Below are positions 59,456 through 64,000 of a DNA stretch of 64,000 nucleotides, one piece after another. The stretch's first letter is position 1, and every line of letters starts with the position of its first letter. A program made the translations under genes and the position numbers. Origin of the DNA: a virus (lineage: Duplodnaviria; Heunggongvirae; Uroviricota; Caudoviricetes); the IMG/VR virus record IMGVR_UViG_3300037487_000968, positions 13,280-77,279 of that record; one strand, written 5' to 3'. The notes below the pieces were generated by a model. That model had not been told where the DNA came from and ran no database searches. It saw only the letters and a list, made by a program, of their open reading frames with translations.

Positions 59456-61260
59456 AGATAGCCGTATTAATTGCAGGAGAATATAGGGAATTTGCAATTG
59501 CACATAAATTTTGGACATTCCTGGGTTGGCCAGATGTAGATTGCTATTTCTCTACATGGACACAGAGTTGTCGCGTTACAGACGATGTGCATATGCCATA
59601 TACCTGCGAAATCATAACTACTGAAAATATTCGAAGTCTAATAAATGTAATAGATCTAGAAATTACAGAATTAGTTGTGGAGGAATTAGGTAATCACTTC
59701 ACAACATGGAAGATGATTAGTAGATGGAAATCTGCAATAAATTTATTAAGAAAATCAAAGATTCAGTATGATCGTGTTATATTAATACGCCCGGATATTG
59801 CTTTAGCGTACGATGAAAAGTTATTTAAAGAATTTATATATCAAAGTTTTAATGATAATGACTTATATGGTATAACTAATTCAGACCTTAATGTGCCATT
59901 TCCGTTAAAAGATCGAGGGCAAATGTCCGACTTGATGCTCTTAGGCACACAAAATAGTGTCATGAAATTGCTTGATTTACCCACAGATGGTTTCTTTAAA
60001 ATACAAGATACGAAGAGGATTCCTATATTAATTGATGTTCATGCATACCTTGCTGAACATTGTTCAAAACTGTATAGTAGATTTATGAATATGCCGATAG
60101 CTGATCAGTGCATTGTTCGTACCAATTGCAGGACATTAACTGATCCTACTTTCTATGATTGTAAATTAAAAGCAAAAGAATGGTGGGAGAAAAAACATAA
60201 AAAATTTTACTGGATGGGCGGAAATATATGGGATTATAAGTTATATCATGATACACATCCGGAAAGTAGAAGGCAAAGAACATTCAACACAGATAATATA
60301 AATCTCTGGGGAAAGATTGATTTATCGTGTCATTGGGATAGTCCCCGCGGTAGCCAATCTTGGCACGCTCCAGACACAGAAGAAATATTCTTACGTAATA
60401 GTGCAGATAAGCACAATCAACATAAGATCACCTACGGAAAAACTGATATTACATATGACTACAATTCTTTCGGATTTCGTACAGATTCGGGGCCTAAAGA
60501 ATTTGAAGATATAGGAACGAATCCTGTATTTATGGTCGGCGGCTGTTCTATAACCGAAGGGATAGGACTACCCGAACACCGCATCTGGCATAGTTTCTTA
60601 TACAATAGGCTTGCTGATCATTGTAATAGACCTATGGTAAAACTCAATATGGGCAAAGGCGGTATCAGCATTGCAACAACAATACGATACATTTATACAA
60701 TGATAGAACATTATAATGTGCATCCTGATTTACTATATATTGTATTACCACCAGTAAGTAGGCAGGAATTAATAGTTGATAATCATAACGACTATGTACA
60801 CCATTATATACCGGGTTTACCACCGCCATTAAATGCCAGCCGTTTATTAAATAATGCTATAAATGTATTAAATAAAAATATAAATTATAGACAATTATAT
60901 CATAATTGCTATCGTGATTTATTATTTCTTAAATGGTTTCTTTTAGCCAAAAATATTCCGTGGTTCTTTAGTTCCTGGTCAAATGATTTTGCAGAAGAAA
61001 CTATTAAACAATTAATACCCGCCGCTAGTGGGGCAGATTATACTATTCCGTCAGAGTTATTGATTAATTATATACCTGCGAAAATTTTATATAACGAATA
61101 TATAAAACCCGATAATATAAAATTTCCGCAGACGATTGCTAGAGATTATGTACATTATGGTCCCAATTCGCATCTTGATTTAGCAGATCAGATTTATGAT
61201 AAATTAAGTAAACATAACAACTTTAGGCATATATTAGAAAAATGGAGAAAAGATGACTGA
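59452..61260 (+). CDS. Fusion of glycosyltransferase-like N-terminal domain and SGNH-like C-terminal domain
   Basis: MKIAVLIAGEYR...YDRVILIRPD, then YNSFGFR, GCSITEG, NMGKGG, ARDYVHYG. Confidence 0.65.
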   Translation: MKIAVLIAGEYREFAIAHKFWTFLGWPDVDCYFSTWTQSCRVTDDVHMPYTCEIITTENIRSLINVIDLEITELVVEELGNHFTTWKMISRWKSAINLLRKSKIQYDRVILIRPDIALAYDEKLFKEFIYQSFNDNDLYGITNSDLNVPFPLKDRGQMSDLMLLGTQNSVMKLLDLPTDGFFKIQDTKRIPILIDVHAYLAEHCSKLYSRFMNMPIADQCIVRTNCRTLTDPTFYDCKLKAKEWWEKKHKKFYWMGGNIWDYKLYHDTHPESRRQRTFNTDNINLWGKIDLSCHWDSPRGSQSWHAPDTEEIFLRNSADKHNQHKITYGKTDITYDYNSFGFRTDSGPKEFEDIGTNPVFMVGGCSITEGIGLPEHRIWHSFLYNRLADHCNRPMVKLNMGKGGISIATTIRYIYTMIEHYNVHPDLLYIVLPPVSRQELIVDNHNDYVHHYIPGLPPPLNASRLLNNAINVLNKNINYRQLYHNCYRDLLFLKWFLLAKNIPWFFSSWSNDFAEETIKQLIPAASGADYTIPSELLINYIPAKILYNEYIKPDNIKFPQTIARDYVHYGPNSHLDLADQIYDKLSKHNNFRHILEKWRKDD

Positions 61261-62056
61261 TAAAAAAACAATTGTGGTTTGCGGGGACAGTTTTAATTAC
61301 GGAATAGGTTGCGTAAATCAACATACCCAGCCGTATGGAGTATTAACAGCCAAACATTTTGACTGGGATTTAGTTAGACTAGCAAGAGGTAGTGCAAGTA
61401 ATTATGTTATACACCTACAAGGAAAATATGCAGCAAGAATGAATCCAAAACCGCATCTTGTAATACTAGGAACAACATCATATGATAGGCTAGAGTGGTT
61501 GGCAACAGGTAAAGAATTTAAAGGCGAACCCCGCCTTGAGGATGTTAATTATCATTTATATCCGCCACACCATCATCCTCAACCATTACACGATGCGCCA
61601 ATGCCGTACCATCTTGCTGGGGATCCAAACTATCAACCTAAGATATTGAGCGAACAAATGGTCGCTATACCTGATTTTTTACATCATATCAAAACCTCGG
61701 GCTATGCAATAGATTATTATAAAAGATTACATAGTGAATCTATAGAAAAATTAAACCTAATTAATACCTATTACTTTGATATATTTGACTCTCTTATAAA
61801 AAGGGATTATGATGTAGGGGTAATATCAATGGCATATAGAATAATAAAAAATGCCGGCATTAATTGTGTTATATGCTCGCAAGAAAGTCAGTTTAAAGAA
61901 TTAGTGGAAGATGAGAGAGATTATTTCTTCCCTGATTGGGGTAGATGTACTGCAACCTGGCCAGATTCGGTAGGTAGTCTGCACACTGGCGAAGGCGGTC
62001 ACAAAGATATAGCCAATCGTTTAATAAGTCATATTGAAACATATAACTTAGCCTGA
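61253..62056 (+). CDS. SGNH/GDSL hydrolase-like protein
   Basis: GDSFNYG, LARGSASN, C-terminal SLHTGEGGH. Confidence 0.7.
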   Translation: MTDKKTIVVCGDSFNYGIGCVNQHTQPYGVLTAKHFDWDLVRLARGSASNYVIHLQGKYAARMNPKPHLVILGTTSYDRLEWLATGKEFKGEPRLEDVNYHLYPPHHHPQPLHDAPMPYHLAGDPNYQPKILSEQMVAIPDFLHHIKTSGYAIDYYKRLHSESIEKLNLINTYYFDIFDSLIKRDYDVGVISMAYRIIKNAGINCVICSQESQFKELVEDERDYFFPDWGRCTATWPDSVGSLHTGEGGHKDIANRLISHIETYNLA

Positions 62057-62064
62057 GAATTATA

Positions 62065-62811
62065 ATGAAATTAGCTATATATGGAGATAGTTTTGCAGCA
62101 CATCAATTGCATATTAAGGATAATAACGGAAAAATATTACAAGAACATCTGGGTCGAGGTTGGCCAGAGATTTTGGAAGATTATCACGAAGTTAATAATT
62201 TTGGATCGTCCGGCACAGCATTTATGTACAGCTACGAATTATTCCTAAAGAATTATAAAGATTATGATTTGAATATTTTTATTGCTACTTCACCACAAAG
62301 AACATACGTAAGAGCACTAGATGGAAGATTAGTATTTGGGATAGACTTTGTGGATGAAGAGGTTGAACGAATTAAGAAAGCGCCATTTTATAATAGAAAA
62401 TATATACACTTAGAGATACTAAAGAGTGTAAGAATATATTTAGAATTATGGCAGGATATAGAGTTATTACGTTACGCTCAACATGCAATGGTTAATAATT
62501 TATGGAATCTTGCCCCTAATACACTAGTTATACCTGCATTTGAAGACTCGATAGAACAAACATGTTTTAATCTAAATGATTTATCTAGACAAGAATTAGA
62601 TAATGTTGAAAATGGCTTATATAGAAAACTTAACTATCCTGTAATGAAATGTTTAAGGAAGTGCCATTTTTCGGAAGAAAATAATAAGATATTAGCAAAA
62701 TATATATTATCTGCAATAGAATCAAATCAGAAGATATTTGAACTCGGCCATGCCGAGTTGGCGGTGCCTTCTAAAAATTTTAATTTTTATATGGAAGACA
62801 GTGAATTATGA
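62065..62811 (+). CDS. SGNH/GDSL hydrolase-like protein
   Basis: YGDSFA, NFGSSGT, C-terminal CHFSEENN. Confidence 0.65.
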   Translation: MKLAIYGDSFAAHQLHIKDNNGKILQEHLGRGWPEILEDYHEVNNFGSSGTAFMYSYELFLKNYKDYDLNIFIATSPQRTYVRALDGRLVFGIDFVDEEVERIKKAPFYNRKYIHLEILKSVRIYLELWQDIELLRYAQHAMVNNLWNLAPNTLVIPAFEDSIEQTCFNLNDLSRQELDNVENGLYRKLNYPVMKCLRKCHFSEENNKILAKYILSAIESNQKIFELGHAELAVPSKNFNFYMEDSEL

Positions 62812-63242
62812 AAAAAGTGTCAAAGCCATGGGGGTACGAGTTATGGATAGCCGATGGAGTCGATACTCCATATGCAAGTAAGCGTATATTATTTAAGGCA
62901 GGGAATAGAACTAGTCTGCAAGTCCACGAATACAAAATTGAAACAAATTATGTTCTTAGTGGATCGGGAATATTACATCGCAGTAAAGAGCCATTAGATC
63001 TAATTGTATTCATGCAGAATGGGATGACAGCACAACAGGTAAAAGATTACGAAGACACCTTTGAAGTAGTAGATCTGCATGAAGGGGTAATATTCAACAT
63101 AACACCGGGATATGTGCATCGGGTTATTGCCATTACAAATTTAGAATTCATGGAAACAAGTACAACAGAGCTCGATGATGTTATTAGATTACAAGATGAC
63201 ACAGGAAGAGAACACGGTAGGATATTAAAAGAACATGAATGA
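62808..63242 (+). CDS. Cupin, mannose-6-phosphate isomerase type II-like domain
   Basis: KPWGYE, SLQVHEYKIET, PGYVHR, ETST..LDDVIRLQD. Confidence 0.85.
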   Translation: MKKVSKPWGYELWIADGVDTPYASKRILFKAGNRTSLQVHEYKIETNYVLSGSGILHRSKEPLDLIVFMQNGMTAQQVKDYEDTFEVVDLHEGVIFNITPGYVHRVIAITNLEFMETSTTELDDVIRLQDDTGREHGRILKEHE

Positions 63243-64000
63243 TCTAACCGTTCTTATACTTGCTGCAGGCTACGGTCGCCGCATGGGCCCGTTCTCAAGA
63301 ATGGTCAATAAGAGCCTTGTTCCTTACGATAACAAGCCATTAATTAGCCATATAATGGCTAAATTTGACCCTAATACAAAATTTGTTATCGCGTGTGGCA
63401 ACATGGGTCAACAAGTTAAAGACTATATGTTAAATGTACATTCTGAGAAAAATATAACTTTTGTTGATATACCCGAGTTTGATGAAGGCAATACGGGACC
63501 TGCCACAACTATAAAATATTGTGCAGAATATTTGCCAGAAAAATTTCTATGGATTACATGCGATACCTTGTTTGAATTTAATCTTGCTGATAAACTAGAC
63601 CATAATTGGATTGCTGTATCGCCTGTAGATAGCACGGTGGCGCAGGATTATTGTTGGATAGAAAGAGATGGAGATACCATTGTAAAAATTCATAATAAGA
63701 AAAGATCTTCACATGCTGTTGATGCATTTATTGGACTGATGTATGTCAACGATTCACAATTTATTAATAACCTTATTGACTCTAAAGCAAAAGATGCATA
63801 TGAAGGGTTTAACAACATCGATCTAAGAGCTTATACAGTAAGATCTTGGCAAGATTTTGGAACATATGAAAAATGGAAAATGCTTAGTGAAGGCTTACCT
63901 GAAGTAAGTTTTCCAAAGCCGGATGAACTATTCTACAGAGACAACAATAAAATTATTAAATTTACAACTGATGAAAAATTAGCACGCTTAAGGCACGAAA
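63235..64000 (+). CDS. Sugar-phosphate nucleotidyltransferase (runs off the right edge)
   Basis: Not in the ORF track. ATG 63235: MNDLTVLILAAGYGRRMGPFSRMVNKSLVPYDNKPLISHI..., later WITCD and WQDFGT; open to the window end. Confidence 0.85.
   Translation, partial: MNDLTVLILAAGYGRRMGPFSRMVNKSLVPYDNKPLISHIMAKFDPNTKFVIACGNMGQQVKDYMLNVHSEKNITFVDIPEFDEGNTGPATTIKYCAEYLPEKFLWITCDTLFEFNLADKLDHNWIAVSPVDSTVAQDYCWIERDGDTIVKIHNKKRSSHAVDAFIGLMYVNDSQFINNLIDSKAKDAYEGFNNIDLRAYTVRSWQDFGTYEKWKMLSEGLPEVSFPKPDELFYRDNNKIIKFTTDEKLARLRHE

Overview
A 64-kb, AT-rich segment of a large T4-superfamily (jumbo-type) myophage genome read in the standard genetic code. 1-9.8 kb: head/tail assembly genes (acidic prohead protein, gp20-like portal, GIY-YIG endonuclease, tape measure protein with 150-bp tandem repeats, and a divergent tail-chaperone gene pair joined by a likely -1 frameshift). 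10.3-11.0 kb: a hairpin-rich non-coding gap. 11-19 kb: GH108 lysin, methyltransferase, glycosyltransferase, resolvase-like nuclease, gp46/gp47 and a gp55-like late sigma factor. 19-47 kb: baseplate and fibre operon (gp53, gp5-lysozyme, M15 peptidase, gp25, gp6, a 3575-aa wedge protein, collagen fibre, subtilase). 47-64 kb: a tightly coupled modification operon of glycosyltransferases, a methyltransferase, five tandem radical SAM enzymes, four SGNH-like proteins, a cupin and a nucleotidyltransferase. Late genes are preceded by a GATAAATA element (T4 TATAAATA-like), while the gp55-gp47-gp46 unit has a sigma70-type promoter. Best novelty candidates: the late radical-SAM/glycan operon (possible virion decoration system) with its RBS-sequestering hairpin switch, the structured non-coding element, and the chaperone frameshift. 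All product calls come from motif recognition by eye; no database searches were run.
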